A stretch of DNA of 64,000 nucleotides from the NCBI GenBank assembly GCA_964016885.1, contig OZ024764.1:23126001-23190000 (forward strand). The letters are read 5' to 3'. A program made the position numbers and the translations under genes. Of the stretch, positions 28,159 to 44,178 are shown in pieces. Numbering within the stretch: position 1 is the first letter of the stretch; each line of letters opens with the position of its first letter. The notes below the pieces were generated by a model. The model did not search any database, had not been told where the DNA came from, and saw only the letters and a program-made list of their open reading frames with translations. The DNA is from Eledone cirrhosa (taxonomy: Eukaryota).

Positions 28159-28516
28159 TCTCTATACTACTAAAACTCTGTGATTGTGTCTTGTCTGTAA
28201 TTTAATACAGCTAAAACAGTGCATAATGGGGAAATACTTTGAAAGGAATAAAACAAGATTCGTATAAAATGGAGCACAGGTTCCCAAGATACGGGGGTTT
28301 CTGGATACCTTCATAAATATAGGGAGAGAAAGAGATAGTGGTTGTGAGAGAGAGGGAACTGTGGTGTTGTTTAATAAAATATGTGTGTATATATATATAC
28401 GTATGTGTATATATATATATACGTATGTGTATATTTTAACTATTTAAAAACTATTTTAAAATGACTTAAAAAATAGTTTTAAGGGAACGTGACCCAACAG
28501 GTCCCGGGTGGTCTAG
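28159..28516 (+). mobile_element. Non-autonomous Helitron-like element
   Basis: A|TC ... gacccaacaggtc ... CTAG|T. Confidence 0.7.
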
Positions 28517-30300
28517 TTTGTTACTAAATACTAGATATTAGAGAGTCATGTTCTAGATGTGCTGGAAGAGCCATTCCATCTCGTGAGGCTCACACCAGCA
28601 GCTAGCCACCTCAGCACCTATGGTGGTATATTTATTATATTATTTATTCTTTATCATTAACATTAATATAAAAGATAATTATATATTTTTAGAGAAGAAC
28701 CTCTAATTTTATATAGCTTAGGGCTTCAGTAGGTAAAAGTCTGGCCCTGCTTGTCTTGTATTTTTTGGGGAGAAGTTAGGGAATACTGTTATTGTGTGAA
28801 AGTTTTCTAAATCTTCTTCAGCCACTAACATGGAGAAGATATTTCAGTAAGAAGGTTCACATCCTGACATCTATAGCTGTTAACAATGAGATTGGAATTC
28901 ATTATTAAACAAATGTTATATCATCATCACTGTTTAACATCAGTTTTTCCACACTGGCATGGGTTAGACAAGTTATCCTGTTGTAAGCAATGCCAGGTCA
29001 GGTGACCACGTGTTGCTCCTACAGAACAAATTGTGGATTGGTTTCTATAGCTGGATGCCCTTCCTAGCACCAACCTTATTTACATTGAGTACTGGGTGCA
29101 TTTTACCATCACCACCACTTTACAGTGTAGGCTGGGTGCTTTTTGTCGTGACACCAACATGACCACTTTACAGTGTGGGCTGGGTGCTTTTTGCTGTGAC
29201 ACCTACGCAACCGCTTTATAGTGTGGGCTGGTTTCTTTTTGTCATATCACCTACATGACCAGTTTATAGTAATGGCTATGTGTTCTTTACAGTGTGGGCT
29301 GGTTTCTTTTTGTCATATCACCTACATGACCACCTTATAATGTTGACTGTGTGTTCTTTGCAGTGTGGGCTGGTTTCTTTTTGTCATATCACCTACATGA
29401 CCACCTTATAATGTTGACTGTGTATTCTCTATAGTGTGGGTTGGGTGCTTTTTGTCATATCTCCTACCCAACCACTTTGCAGTGTGGGCAGTGAAATATC
29501 AGTAATCAGAAGAAGGGAGGTAGGCATAAAAGCCAAACTTGCTGTCTTCAATTAGCTTTTTGTGCCAACCCTTACCTATGGTCACATATCTTGGGTAATG
29601 ACCAAAAGAATATGATTGGGAATACAAATGGCAGATATGGGATTCCTCTGAAGGGTCTTTGAAGGAACGTTTCTCAATGAAGTGCATAGCTCTGAGATCA
29701 GAGAGTCACTCCAGGTGGAGCTGTTACTTCTCTTAATTGAGAGATCACAGCTGCAATACTATGGCCATGTGGTTAGAATGTCTGAGGAAAGAATCACTGG
29801 ATAGATTTTACAGGCAAAACTAACCGGCAGGAGACCCAGGGGTAGACCTGAGCAAGATGGTCACATAACATCCATGAGCTTGGCTGGTCTCTCTGGGAGA
29901 TCCAGACACATAAGTTGGAGTGGGTTGCTTCTGACAGGACCTGTTGGAGGGAGTGTTTGAGGACTCTGCCCCCAAGACCCTCTCTGGAATAAGTGGGTTA
30001 ATAAGAAGAGGTTGATGTTACATAATCAACATCAGATTTCCCTGCTAGCAAGGGTTTAATGAGTCTACTTCAACCAAGTAAGTACTGAAGTGCGGCTACT
30101 GATCTCCCAGACAGACCAAGGATCTGAGACTTATTTACATAAGGTCTCATTTGCTACTGAGTGCACAGAAAAGGTTGTCATGTCTTTGTCATGATTGAAG
30201 GGTTCTCCGACACTATTGTCGGGCAAGCTTTCTATGACTAGATGTCCTTCACATGACCAACCACATTACAGCCTGTGTTGGGTGTGTTTATCATGTAGGT

Positions 30301-32347
30301 GAGACATAACAAACTGAGGGTTCCCCAAGGGCCACATAGGTCACATGTGTTGTCTGAGGGTTGCACACTACAACTAATTATGTACACGACAACTAATTAA
30401 AGTCATTTAATAAAATATATTGCAGAAAGATTTGTTACTTAAATTTAGAAACATACAACGTACATACAAATGTTTTAGCAGCATTCATGAATACAAAGTA
30501 ATGAAGTAGTTTGACAAAAAACTAAAGTTTAACATGTCAACATATACTTGCAGATTGTAACAGCAACAAATACATTGTACACAAATAACAACAGTTCAAA
30601 ACTGAACATTTATTTGCTACTATTCAACCATTTTTAGTGTTTTGTGCTGAGGCTTGACACTTCTTTCTGTTGACAATGTTTGGTATGTCTGGCTGAAATG
30701 TCTGTACAGTTCCAACTTTAATCAGAGATGACAAGTGTTGATCTGTCAGCCTTCTTCTCTGAGAAGTTTTTGTTAAGCTAAGTACAGACTCAGTATGGGC
30801 AGTGATTTTCAGCTCTTTGCACATAAGAAAATGAATTAAATTTTCATCTGACAACGGAGACTTCCATAAGCTAAGTTTTCTAATGAAGAACTTGATGTCA
30901 TCATACAACTGAGTGATGGGTTTGTTTTTACCTTCTAATTTCAAATTAAGGTCAGTTAATTGTGCAGTAATATCCACAAATAAAGCCAGATGTTGGAGCC
31001 AACTTTCATCTTTTATTTCATCTGTGTTTTGACTTTTCATCTCCAAAAACATAATTATTTCAACAAATAGCATCTTTTCAGCACTTTGTGACATGTCAAC
31101 CAGCAGACTTCTGTGTAGAAAGGAACATCGGTGAACTGATTATCCATATCTTCCAACAACTGGCTGAACTGACGGTGGGTGAGAGCACGGCCTCTGATTT
31201 ACTTCACTGTCTTTGTGACCAAGCTAAGCACATGATGCAATTTTAAAATCTTTCAACATAAATTTTGCTTATGAATAATACAGTGAAAATGTGCAAATAA
31301 TGAATCTAGATATGAGTTTTCTATTTTTGTTTGTAACTTGGCAGCAACACCATTATGTCTACCAACCATATTTGCAGCACTGTCAGTAGATAAACATGCA
31401 AGTTTACTCAGATCAAAACGATGCAGACCCTGCTTGACCTTCTCAAAGATGTCCTGGCCTTTTATAGTGTCATGCATGGGGACCTGTTCAATCAGTTCTT
31501 CATAAATATTAAATTCACAGTCACAGGCCCTGATAAAGAATGCAAGCTGTACTGTTCCAGTGATGTCAACAGTCTCTTCAATAGCAATAGAAACATGTTC
31601 AAACCATGATGATACAGCCTTTAACTGTTGTTTCAGATCACCTGACATTTCATTAATCTGTTCAGCAAAAGCGTTCCTGGTTAATGAAATGTCTTTGAAT
31701 AACTCCGCTTTCTCCGGACAGTTTCAGCTGTTTTTACAAGACATTGCTTTACAAAATCTCCTTTACTGTAAGATTTCCCACTCATGGCAATCATTCAACT
31801 GAGTTCATAGCTTGCAGTAACGAAAGTGACATTCTCTTCCTGAATTAACATAAAACAGGTCTATTGTTGTGTCAAGTTAGACTTCAATTCCTTGAGTCTT
31901 GAAACACACATTGGGCCTTCATATTTATCGTAAGATCGAGGGTTTGTTTCATAATGTCTTTTTAAATTGTACTCTTTTGGCGTGGCGATGTAGTTGTTGC
32001 AAATTAAACAGTGTATCTTTCTGTTCACCATTGGGCAAAAATACTGTAATTCCCACTTTTCTTGAAACACTTGCGCTTCTTCGTTCAATTTCCTTTTTCT
32101 CTTAGCTGGAGGAGCACTAACTATTTCAAAAACAAAAACTTTTGAAATTTTGAAAGAAAGTTTTCTGTTAATGAGCTGCACGTGATTAATGGAAGTTAAA
32201 AGTAGTTGACAAAAATTGCACCAAAAAAACAATTGTATCGAAAAATGTTTAAATTTTATATTACGAAAATGAAAGATGCTCGCACTGTAAAAACCTTTGT
32301 GTGGGCCGCAGCTTTGCTTGCAAAGGGCCGCATGTTTGACATGTCTG
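30301..32347 (-). mobile_element. Decayed hAT transposon, copy 3
   Basis: ATGTAGGT TSD; best-preserved terminus CAGACATGTCAAACATGCGGCCC; FHCIIHKQNLC motif; internal deletion near 30775. Confidence 0.9.
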
Positions 32348-34037
32348 ATGTAGGTTACCAACACGAGGGAGGGCAGCATGTCCTTCAATGTCTTCTGCTA
32401 CATTAACTACCAGGAGGTCACCACATGACACAGAGACTACATTTCAAAGAAGGGTCACAAAAGAACTAAATACAAAAGTACCCACAATTCAGCAAAAAGC
32501 AAATAATTGAGCTTTGGGTCTAGGTTAAGGGGGCAGAAGTGCTGTGCCCTGTGGACAAGACTAGAAAAGAATCCCCCCCCCCCTGGTCGATGGACAGTTA
32601 CACCCACTGCAACAGCCACTCCAACCTCTTGGGACACCCTCTTCAAAAGGGCCACCGACGTTCTGATCTTACAGAGGAGCTTGGCAGTACGGGGTCCAAG
32701 TACTTCTGAGGTGTCGATGGTGACCGGTGTGAAGAGACCTACCTACAATTGATGTGATCCCAGTTATGTTGGACTGTAATATACTGGGGTATAGAGAGGC
32801 CTTAACCTGTCTCAGCCGGGCCACCCAGGGTTGTGTCATCTAGGTACCAGACAGGGGTGACTAGACCATGTTGTCAACTGTCAGCACCAATAGGAGTGAG
32901 GCGAGTGGGTCCCCTTGCTAGACACCATATATAAAACGTATTTGCTAATTACTTTAGTGAATAATTTGTTTCATACGTAATTATTACTTTTAACACAATA
33001 GAATTTTGTACACGTGTTTGTTTGAAAACATCTTTCAAAGAAGTATGAGACAGTCTTTTGCAGTCTTCTGGAGTTGCGACCGATAGATAGCTATTGGAAA
33101 GACCAATGGAAACATTGTTTCCTCGGTCCGATTTGACTAAAAGTCGATCATAATAAAAATATATATTTATATCGATATAGAGAGAGAGAGAAACACACAA
33201 ACGTACACTACTGTAAAACATATGTAAGGGTAGACAACTCTCGTTACATCCCCCCTTCTTTTTGATATACGTCCTTTAAGTACGTTGTTCAATGCTACCT
33301 GCTTTATTTTGTGTCCTAAGTAGATTTCTGTTTAAGTATTTACGAGATTCACAATGATTCACCTAACCAAGTTACTTACATAGAGATATATTTCACATAG
33401 AATCACAACAAATGAAAATATTAAGTCAACACTCTGTCAATCAGTCTCACATCACATGGGGTGCCGGAGTCTCCCTCTAATACTTTCTGAGACAGTCTTA
33501 CCTCGAGTGATAGCAAGGCTAAGATGTTGGAACTACCAAACACCCTCATATGTATCACCTGACACCTCGGTAAGGAGAGCTGCCAACGATAGTCATTTGT
33601 CTTGTATCTTGTATATGTATTTTGAAAACTAACTGTCACATTTGTGAGACCCCAGTTAGTGATGTTTTCGTCTCCCTCCCACATCCTACATGCTGTAGTA
33701 AAAGTGAGTGTCACTGCTTCTGTAGACGAACGAAATAAAAGTCAAACTACCAGTAATTATCGGCAAAGTATTTATTCCAGTCTGTGATGTTTGAGAAGCT
33801 GGGCTGCTGACAACGAAGTTGTTGTCAATGTTGGCGGCTAGCTTTACCGAAGTACCCGATGACTCTTGTGAGGGTACTTAGCTGTTCTGGCGGTTTAGCC
33901 TCCACGTGACCCGATCTTACCGAGATACCCGGTGATCTCTGTAAGAGTACTTAGCTGTTCTATTTTAATTTCATTTACTGTTTTCAACTTCACTTTTTAT
34001 TACAAACTTTACATAATTTAATTCCGTAAAAATATTT

Positions 34038-34170
34038 TACGTCACAAAAAAATCATTGAAGCATGCGCAGTGGTGCAGTTGTCGACTTCCTGTCCACGTG
34101 TTAGTCTTCCTACAACAACATTTAGACAACATTTCTGTAAATACTAAACACCTGAGACTATAATGTAAGT
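34038..34170 (+). promoter_or_regulatory. Candidate promoter, exon 1 and donor of ZNF-3
   Basis: Same GCATGCGCA/ACTTCCTG/CACGTG block (34061-34100); GTAAGT at 34165. Confidence 0.6.
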
Positions 34171-35726
34171 ATTATGTCTATTAATATTGTAGATTTAAGC
34201 TCACTTTTCACATCACAAATATATATTTTCTTGTTTGTTTCATTACTGGAAATATAAAATGTTATCGTAATTATCTATATTTTACCTACCTCTAATTAAT
34301 TAAAGTGAAAACTTTTGTTGTTGCTGAAAAATAAATTAACAAAACTAAATATTTAAATATTCTAAAGGTCGTTTTTATATTATGTGATGATATAATTAAT
34401 ATATTTTATTACAATTGTATAAATTTACAGTAGAATAACGTTGTAAATATGTCTTAAATATATACATAAATAACATAAGTGTGTAAATAACATTATAAAT
34501 TGTGGGCAATTCCTTGAGAAAGACATTACAAATATATTGTCTAAACTCTGTATAATAATATAATTTATTGAACAGTAATGATAAAGGAAAGAAAAACACA
34601 GTGGGAGATGGCAATTGACCACCAAGTGTGATAATAGGCCACACCTCACACCTTAGGGGTTAACTACACACTTTGAGGCAAGCCAACACACTGGCAGCAT
34701 TACTAAGGTGTTGAAATAACCAGGTACCCCCACGGGTATCACCTGACACCTCGGTAAGGTGAGGCTAAGGGGCTGAAATAACCAGGTACCCTCACGGGTA
34801 TCACCTGACACCATGGTAAGGTGAGTCTAAGGGGTTGAAATAACCAGGTACCCTCACGGAAACGACTAGATTTGTAGAAAAAGTAGGGTGAAAGTATACG
34901 AAGAGATGTAGTTTCACAGATCTACTCACACCTCACGTTGGGTGGGAAATAATTATTTTTCTTTGATTTTTTTCTAGACCCCTTTTCAATATTTTCTCTG
35001 AACCCCTTAGATACTTGCAATAGACGTTTTATTCCCCAGTATTAGGGTTAGGGTTTCCGTTTTCAGGAAGAAAAGTCGATTGCAAACATCTGAGAGGTCG
35101 AGAAATAAAAATAAGGAAAGGTAATTATTTCCCAGCCAACTGGAGAAGTGTGTAGCTCTTCTAAACTCTGATAATCCTGTCTCCCACTTCTTTATCTACA
35201 AATCTAGTCGTTTCTTGCTACTTTGAAGGCCCTATTTATTGATAACACCACTTGTAAATCTTTGTCAACTTTTCATACGTAAATTGTGAATCAGTTATTT
35301 TTAAACAAACTATCAAAGAAGTGATCTCACAGTAACTGTGTTTGATTTAATCAACTTATTCCCCCCAAACATTGTCGACCTTGTGTCTAAATCAGAAACT
35401 ATTATAAGATCTTAAATCAACCTCGTAAAGATGAAGGGCAAAGCTAACCTCGGCGGGATTTCAACCCTTTATGTTATGAGTTCAAATCCCACCAAAGTTA
35501 AATTTGTCTTTCATTCTAACGGAGTGGATAAATTAAAGTTCCAGTAATCTACTGGGGTCTGAGATATTAAGGTTTGAGTAGATTCTATCTTTTTGTGTGT
35601 TTGTATTTATAATCTTACTAGAACACCTGTGACCTGTTGGGTTACGTTCCCTTTAAAAATAATATTTAAATAATTAAAATATACACAGACATGTATATAA
35701 TGTAAAATGAAATTAGTAGGCCTATG

Positions 35727-35768
<42 letters not shown>

Positions 35769-35800
35769 TATATGCGTGTGTGTGTGTGTATATATATATA

Positions 35801-35834
<34 letters not shown>

Positions 35835-36669
35835 CACACACACGTCACTTGTTCTAATTTTATAACTTTGTTCAACAGCACCACCAGCTATCTCTCTCAC
35901 ACACACCCATTATCTTTCTCTCTCTATTTATAAAGGTACCAGAAAAACCCCATATCTCGGGAACCTGTACATTGATTTACGTGAAACTTATTTTATCCCA
36001 TTTGTATTCCCATTTCAGGGTCAACTTCCTTTCAAACTATTTTCCCATTATGCCCCGTTTTAGCTGTATTACATTACAGACAAGACACAATCACAGAGTT
36101 TTAGGTTTATAATGTTATAGTATCATGATAGGGTAATACAGTTATTTATAGACCTGTGGTAAATGTTGGTTCAGCCCACCCTGGGGGGTGTTAGTGTTTT
36201 ATCAGTCTACCCTGAGAGGTGTCAGTGTTGGTCAATGATAACCTTTATAACTAGAGGCCTGTTGGTGAGGACAAGCTGGAAGTGGTGACATCTTTCTGCT
36301 ACCTGTGTGACATGTCAGCTGGAAGTGGAGCCAAGTTCACTGCCATCGTGCTGTGCCACTCCACAGGTAACAAGTTTAGGCAGCTTCTCCTAATCCTCAA
36401 GACATGCTGGCTACCATTAGACACCATGGGTCAGATTTATAACACCTGTGGGAGAAGTGTGTTGTTTCATGCCAGCGAGACCTGGGCCATGTTATCTGAC
36501 TGTCTGAATTGACTCTGAAGAAATGACAGAGCTATGATCCACTGGATGTGTAGTGTGACCATTGAGGATGATGTCAGCTCAACTGAGCTCTTAAAAAAAC
36601 TGCTGATCGACAACCTCAAGGATGTGTTTCACAGGAGACACATGCACTGGTATGGCCATGTTGTGCATT

Positions 36670-38690
36670 CTCTCTCAACTCATCTATGCTTGGTCGTTGA
36701 TGCACATTGACATTGCACATCCAACGAAGCATACTTGCTTCATTTTTCTCCAGCCATCGCATATCCTCCACAGTTGCTGTCCATGTCTCACTACCATGCA
36801 GCATCACACATCTGACGCAGGCATCACCAGCCATTCGTTCTTAGAGAGAAACCCTTCTTTGTCAACAGAAGAAGCAGCTCCCTAAACTTCTTCCAACCCG
36901 TCCTTATTCTAGATACTATGGCTCTGAGCACCCTCCTCCCATGCTAATTTGATCACCTAGATACCGGAAGCTATCAACCACTTCTATAGAACCTATCTGC
37001 ATTGGAAAAAATGTGTCTATCACTGCAACTTCTACTGTCAAATTTCCCTGTACATCTACTGCATATGTAGTTTTCCATACCTGTTAGTTTGCCTGCTATC
37101 CCACTACATTTCTTGTGTACCCAAAATCTGCATTGTGTACATTATAGAATTTATGCCAGTTCCTTTTCTACATATTGAACAAGGCCATTTCCCTGATGGA
37201 ATGACAGTTTTGTCCTCACTAAACTCCAGTTTTGTTCCTCTCTAAACTCCATGCCTACCCTCACTTTACTGACAGCCTCTCTATACATAGCTTGCACTGT
37301 CCTCACAAACTATTCCTCTACACCTAGTTTCCTTAGGGACCACCAGATGACAGATTGGGGTACTCTATCAAAGGCCTTCTCTAGGTCAACAAAAACTAAG
37401 TATAGTGGTTTTCTTCTTTAAGAACCTCTCTTGTAGTTGTCTCACTGAGAAGAGGGCATCTGATTGACTCTTTCTCTAAGTTGCGCTAGTATTCTTTCTG
37501 TCACTTTCATAACCTGATCCATCAGTTTTATACCCCTATAATTACTCCCCTCCAGAACATCCCCTTTACCTTTACCTCAATTTATGAGAATACTGCTGCA
37601 CCAGTCTTTGGGTATGACACCACCATATATAGCTTGATTAATGATGCATTCAACCAGTTTAATTCCTACTTCTCTTGATGCCTTCAGCATCTCAGCAACT
37701 ATCCCCAACAGTCCAGCGGACTTACCATTTTTCATTTCCTTAATTGGACCCTATAGTCGTCAATCTCAATAGCTGGTCCTTCTGTCAGGTCTACTGAATG
37801 TAGCTCCCCTCCTATTCATTCTCCACATTCATCAGTCTCTCATAATGACATTTCCAGGCCTTCTTTTTTTTGAGAATCAGTGACACTAAGTGCACCAACA
37901 TCCTGATTTACACTGACACACTGCCTTGCAATGTGGATCACCGCACATCTCTGATCTCCCCATCGCAGGACATTGGCAAACCTTCTACTCTCAGCTTCCC
38001 TGCATGTTAAGTAGGCCTGACATCTAGCTTCTCTCTTAGCGGCTGTGAATCGGTCTCTACCCCTACCATTTTTCCAAGCCTTTTGTCTCTAATGGCTCTA
38101 TCTACCGTGCTGTTCCACCACCAGGCCACCCTTTGTCTGGTTGGAGCTCTGCTCCAGCCACAAGTTTCTTCAGTAACCTGCAGTAAGTTGTCACGTAAGA
38201 AATTCCAGTTATCATCTATGGCATATGACTCTAAATCGTCTTCTTTTTCGTCATACACATCTTGAAGGGCTTTCCTAAATTTATATTTTAGTGAAAGGTC
38301 TTTTAGTTTCCAGTCCTTCCTTTTTCAAACCTTCTTGTATGTCTCTCTTTGTCTCTTGCTTACTGAGATGTCACTAACGACTAACCTATGTTGGGGGGTT
38401 ACATTGTTCCCTGGGGTATGCCTTAGTATTTGACACCATCTGTCTCTCTTGCTACTTAACTAGCAAGAAGTCAATCTGTCTCATGTGCTCACCTGATTGG
38501 TAGGTTATTAGGTGGTTGGTAGGTTTCTTGAAGTGTTGCAAATGGTTAGTTCACTTGCATCACAAAATACAAGAAGCCTCACTCTTTCTTCGTTTCTTGA
38601 GCCATAACCATGACCACCATGTACCCCAGTATATCCATCCTGGAACTGTCCAACATGACCATTGAAGTCCCCTGCTATTATAACTAGGTC
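36670..38690 (-). mobile_element. Decayed RTE-clade LINE, paralog of 20956-23215
   Basis: Colinear with the unit-2 copy, with different internal deletions. Confidence 0.85.
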
Positions 38691-38781
38691 TCAAAATCTC
38701 ATAGATTTGATATTATGAGAGATAAAGCATTTACTGTGAAAATATAATAGTATATATACAGTAATGTGAATACTAAAGGGT

Positions 38782-38925
38782 TAATCTGATGTCACTAATA
38801 ACTACTTTTATCTGTCAGTTTATTCTAATGTCACTAATAACTACTTTTATCAGTCAGTTTAATCTAATGTCACTAATAACTACTTTTATCAGTCAGTATA
38901 ATCTACTACCACTAATAACTAACCT
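38782..38925. repeat. 39-bp minisatellite, 3 full copies
   Basis: Same unit as 9547. Confidence 0.9.
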
Positions 38926-39258
38926 ATGTTAGTCAGCACATTCTTCACCAAAGAAGGCCTTAGTATTTATTACAGTCCATTTATCAATATAGAAATATTA
39001 TAGGAAATTTGTACTGATGTATTACAAGTTTCTGACTATCTTATAATGTTCTTTTATTATTTCAGAATACCAGAGGACATTGGCATTAAAGAGCACGTTA
39101 CATCAGACATATCCTCAACATTAACCATTTCTAATGAAATACACTAACCATCATTTTCAAATAATTTTGAAAACACTCAACACTTTGAAGTGATTTAGTA
39201 ATATAACTAAATTTCTCAGTATTAAACTGTGAATTATGTGAGAAACTGAGGTGATTGA

Positions 39259-40308
<1,050 letters not shown>

Positions 40309-40844
40309 CTGTGTCAATATCAAACTCATTACATCATACTACAACAACAATTGTGTAGATCCATCATTCTTGCTAAAACTGGGGTCAACCTTGTAGGTTT
40401 TACCTAGGACAGGGATCATAAAACCAGTTTTCCATTTTTGAAGCAGTGTTTGAAGATTTTGTGTAAATTAAAGTTTTTCTCTTTAAACTTTCATTTATTA
40501 TACTTTAACAGGTAAGATATATATTTGTATTTTTAGTAAAGGTTGGGAACTTCTGTAATTTAAACCTGCCAATAAAATGAAAACTTTTGTTGTTAGTCAG
40601 ACATTGATATTAATTCTATTGTCCTGTACATTGTCTCAAATATCACAGATTAAACAGATTTTAACAATAACAACAGAAATCAATAACTTGTAAGCCTAAT
40701 ATCTAGCTTCCATTTTAACTATTTGATATTGTTGTTCCTCTCCTGCCTCTTCAGGTCTTTTAGATTTCAACTTCTATCTACTGTACTATTCCATCACCAA
40801 GGCAACATTCATCTGGCTGGCAGCTTACATCAACTACAGATCTC

Positions 40845-40975
40845 CAACCCTTCTTTCTCCAGATAGTCTTGTATCTGTCAGTCCCTCTATATCTTATATT
40901 TAACAGGGAGATCTTTTACTCTCCAACCCTTCTTTCTCCAGATAGTCTTGTATCTGTCAGTCCCTCTAGATATTA
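40845..40975. repeat. 80-bp-family minisatellite reduced to ~2 short copies
   Basis: Deletion joins cagatctc to caacccttc. Confidence 0.8.
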
Positions 40976-41251
40976 CACCTAGTATCTAGTCTATGTTGAG
41001 TGGTACGTCCTTCTCCAGTAAAGGAGTTAATATTCCCAACCATCTGTCTATCCTGTTTTCTGATGAGAATGAAGTCAATCTAGTTTATCTCTTCACCTGA
41101 TTGAAGTAACTAGATCAAGTAACTAGATGTTTTCCTGTAAGTTAGTGTTGCAGTGTAAGGTTTATATCTATTAATATAGAGATGTAGTAAAGTTTTCACT
41201 GTTGTATCTCTACTTTCTAAATATCTTAATAATGTTTCTCTACTATTTCAG

Positions 41252-41637
41252 AATATCACATGACCTTGACAGAAAAGAGTCTTTTAAAGACAACAGAAAG
41301 ATGTTACATACAAGTGATATAAACTTGTTTAGTCTGTGGTGAATTATGGTGAAATATTTCTTCTGAATTGAGATAAATAACAACATATTCCTTTTTCACT
41401 GTCTGGAATATTTACAAGATGATTTTACACTCTGATTAAACTTTGGATATTTACAAAGGAGTTTTCAAAATATTTGGATTTGACAAAGATCACATTTGAT
41501 AAAATTATGAACAATAGAAATATTTACATCAACATAGGAATATTTTCCAGAAGAGATGAGAATATCATTATACCACTGTAATATTTGTGGTAAAGTATTC
41601 TCTCTTCTTTATATGTAGAATATCTAACTAAACACTT
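41252..41637 (+). pseudogene. Relic one-finger ZNF exon
   Basis: Paralog of 409-795. Confidence 0.75.
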
Positions 41638-41698
41638 TAACTAACAAACTATTGTGCTATAGAATTGACAAACTTGAGGAATGTTTAATAAATGTTAC

Positions 41699-43878
41699 TG
41701 ATAGAGGGACCAGCAGTGTTAGTCGAAGGTAGTATAATAAGTAAGGCAATCAAAGATATGAAGACGGGTAAGGCGGCTGTGCCTTCGGAAATAGTTGCTG
41801 AGATGCTGAAAGCCTCCGGTACGGTGGGACACACCATGGTCACCCGGATAGTAAACCAAGTCATACAGAATGGGGTTGTTCCGAAGGACTGGCATAGCAG
41901 CATCATCGTTAACTGTTATAAGGGTAAAGGAGACGCCCTAGATAGGAGTAACTATAGAGGCATTAAATTAATCGACCAGGTCATGAAGGTCACGGAAAAA
42001 GTAATAGTGCAACTAATCAGAGAGAGAATTGATCTAGATGAAATGCAGTTCGGGTTTGTGTCAGGCAAAAGTACCACAGACGCTCTTTTCATTGTACGAC
42101 AACTACAGGAGAAGTACCTAGCTAAAAGTAAACTCCTATACTTAGCTTTTGTCGACTTGGAGAAAGCCTTCGACAGAGTCCCCCGTTCCATTATCTGGTG
42201 GGCTCTTAGAAAACTAGGTGTTGACGAATGGCTTGTGAGAGCCATACAAGCCATGTATAAAGAAACAGTCAGCAAGGCTAGAATTAACAACGAATATAGT
42301 GAAGAGTTTAGCGTAAAAGTTGGTGTCCATCAGGGCTCTATTCTTAGCCCCCTACTATTTATTATTGCCCTTCAGGCTATAACAGAGGAGTTCAAGACCG
42401 GCTGCCCATGGGAACTCCTATACGCAGATGATCTAACGCTCATAGCTGAATCAATGGCCGAGCTAGAGAAGAAATTCCAAACATGGAAGCACGGCCTAGA
42501 ATCAAAAGGCCTTAAAATTAACCTGGCTAAGACTAAAGTTCTAGTTTGTAGGAAAGAAAATAAGGCGCCGGTCCCCTCCGGGAAATGGCCATGCTCAGTG
42601 TGTAGGAAAGGCGTAGGTAGAAACTCCATTTTATGTCCCAAATGCAAAGTATGAGTGCATAAAAGATGTAGTGGGATCACAGGTAAGCTAACTAAGAACA
42701 CAGATTTTACATGGGGCCGGTGCTCTGGTGCAATAAGTAGCAGCAAGTGCCCAGAAAATACTAGCTCATTCAACTGCGCAGAGGGTTCTATAGAAATAGT
42801 GGACAGCTTCCGTTACCTGGGTGACAAAATCAGCAGTGGGGGAGGGTGCTCTGAAAGTACAGTAGCTAGAGTCAGAACTGGATGGAAAAAGTTCAGAGAG
42901 CTTATAATACTATTAGCCGCTAAAGGGTTCTCCCTAAAAATGAAAGGCAGGTTGTATGATGCCTGCATACGAACAGCAATGTTGCATGGCAGTGAGACCT
43001 GGGCATTGTGTGCAGAGGATATACGCAGACTAGAGAGGAACGAAGCTTGCATGCTCCGCTGGATGTGTAATAGTAATATACGTGAACAGCAAAGCATAAA
43101 TGAACTAAGGAAAAAATTAGAAATAAGAGGGATCAGATGTTGTTTACTCGAGAGAAGACTACGTTGGTATGGTCACGTGATGCGCATGAAAGACGACAAC
43201 TGTATAACAAAGTGCAGGGCAATAAAGATAGATGGTAGCCATGGAGTAGGCAGACCCAGAAAAACCTGGGACGAGCTGATAAATTCCGACCTCACACACT
43301 TACACCTCTCCAAGCCAATGTCACTGGACCGAGACCTTTGGCAGTACTCAGTAACAGAGAAGACCCGCCTTACCTAAATACAAAGTAAAACCTACTACAG
43401 TCAGTAGGCATCTCTAACAAAATACACCCCCGTCCCACCACCCCCACCCCATCCACACCGCCCCTTTCAATGTAAAGTTATGTTGGTACCACAACATCCA
43501 GGCCGAAACAAACGAGATTGTGTAGGTGCCACGACAAAAAAAACACACAGTCCACGCTGTAATGTGACCGTGTAGGCAACACGGTAAAAACCTCCCAGTC
43601 CCACACTGTAAATGTGGTTGGTGTTAGGAAGGGCATCCAGCTGTAGAAAACTCGCCAGACAGTCCACGCTGTAATGTGGCCGTGTAGGCAACACGGTAAA
43701 AACCTCCCAGCCCCACACTGTAAATGTGGTTGGTGTTAGGAAGGGCATCCAGCTGTAGAAAACCCGCCAGACAGTCCTATGCGAGCAAGACAACCACTCT
43801 TGCCTCAAGTAGGAAAACCCCCGTCCAAACCCATGCAAGCGTGGAACAGGGACGTGAAACGATGATGATGATGATGAT
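41699..43878 (+). mobile_element. 5'-truncated RTE-clade LINE: RT, Cys/His finger, C-terminus, 3' UTR and (GAT)n tail
   Basis: FVDLEKAFD, HQGSILSP, YADD, LRWYGHV, GRPRKTW; one nonsense codon at 42652 splits ORFs 41692-42654 and 42655-43377; empty site tgttacagatttctcc in other units. Confidence 0.93.
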
Positions 43879-43922
43879 TTCTCCAAACTGTCGTTTACTA
43901 ACTTTAATTTGAAGCTATATTA

Positions 43923-44146
43923 TCTATATACTACTAAAACTCTGTGATTGTGTCTTGTCCGTAATTTAATACAGCTAAAACGGTGCATAATGGGGAAATA
44001 CTTTGAAAGGAATAAAACAAGTTTTGTATAAATTGGAGCACAGGTTCCCAAGATACGGGGTTTTCTGGGTACCTTCATAAATATAGGGAGAGAAAGAGAT
44101 AGTGGCGGTGAGAGAGTGAGAGCTGGTGGTGTTGTTTAATAAAATA

Positions 44147-44178
<32 letters not shown>

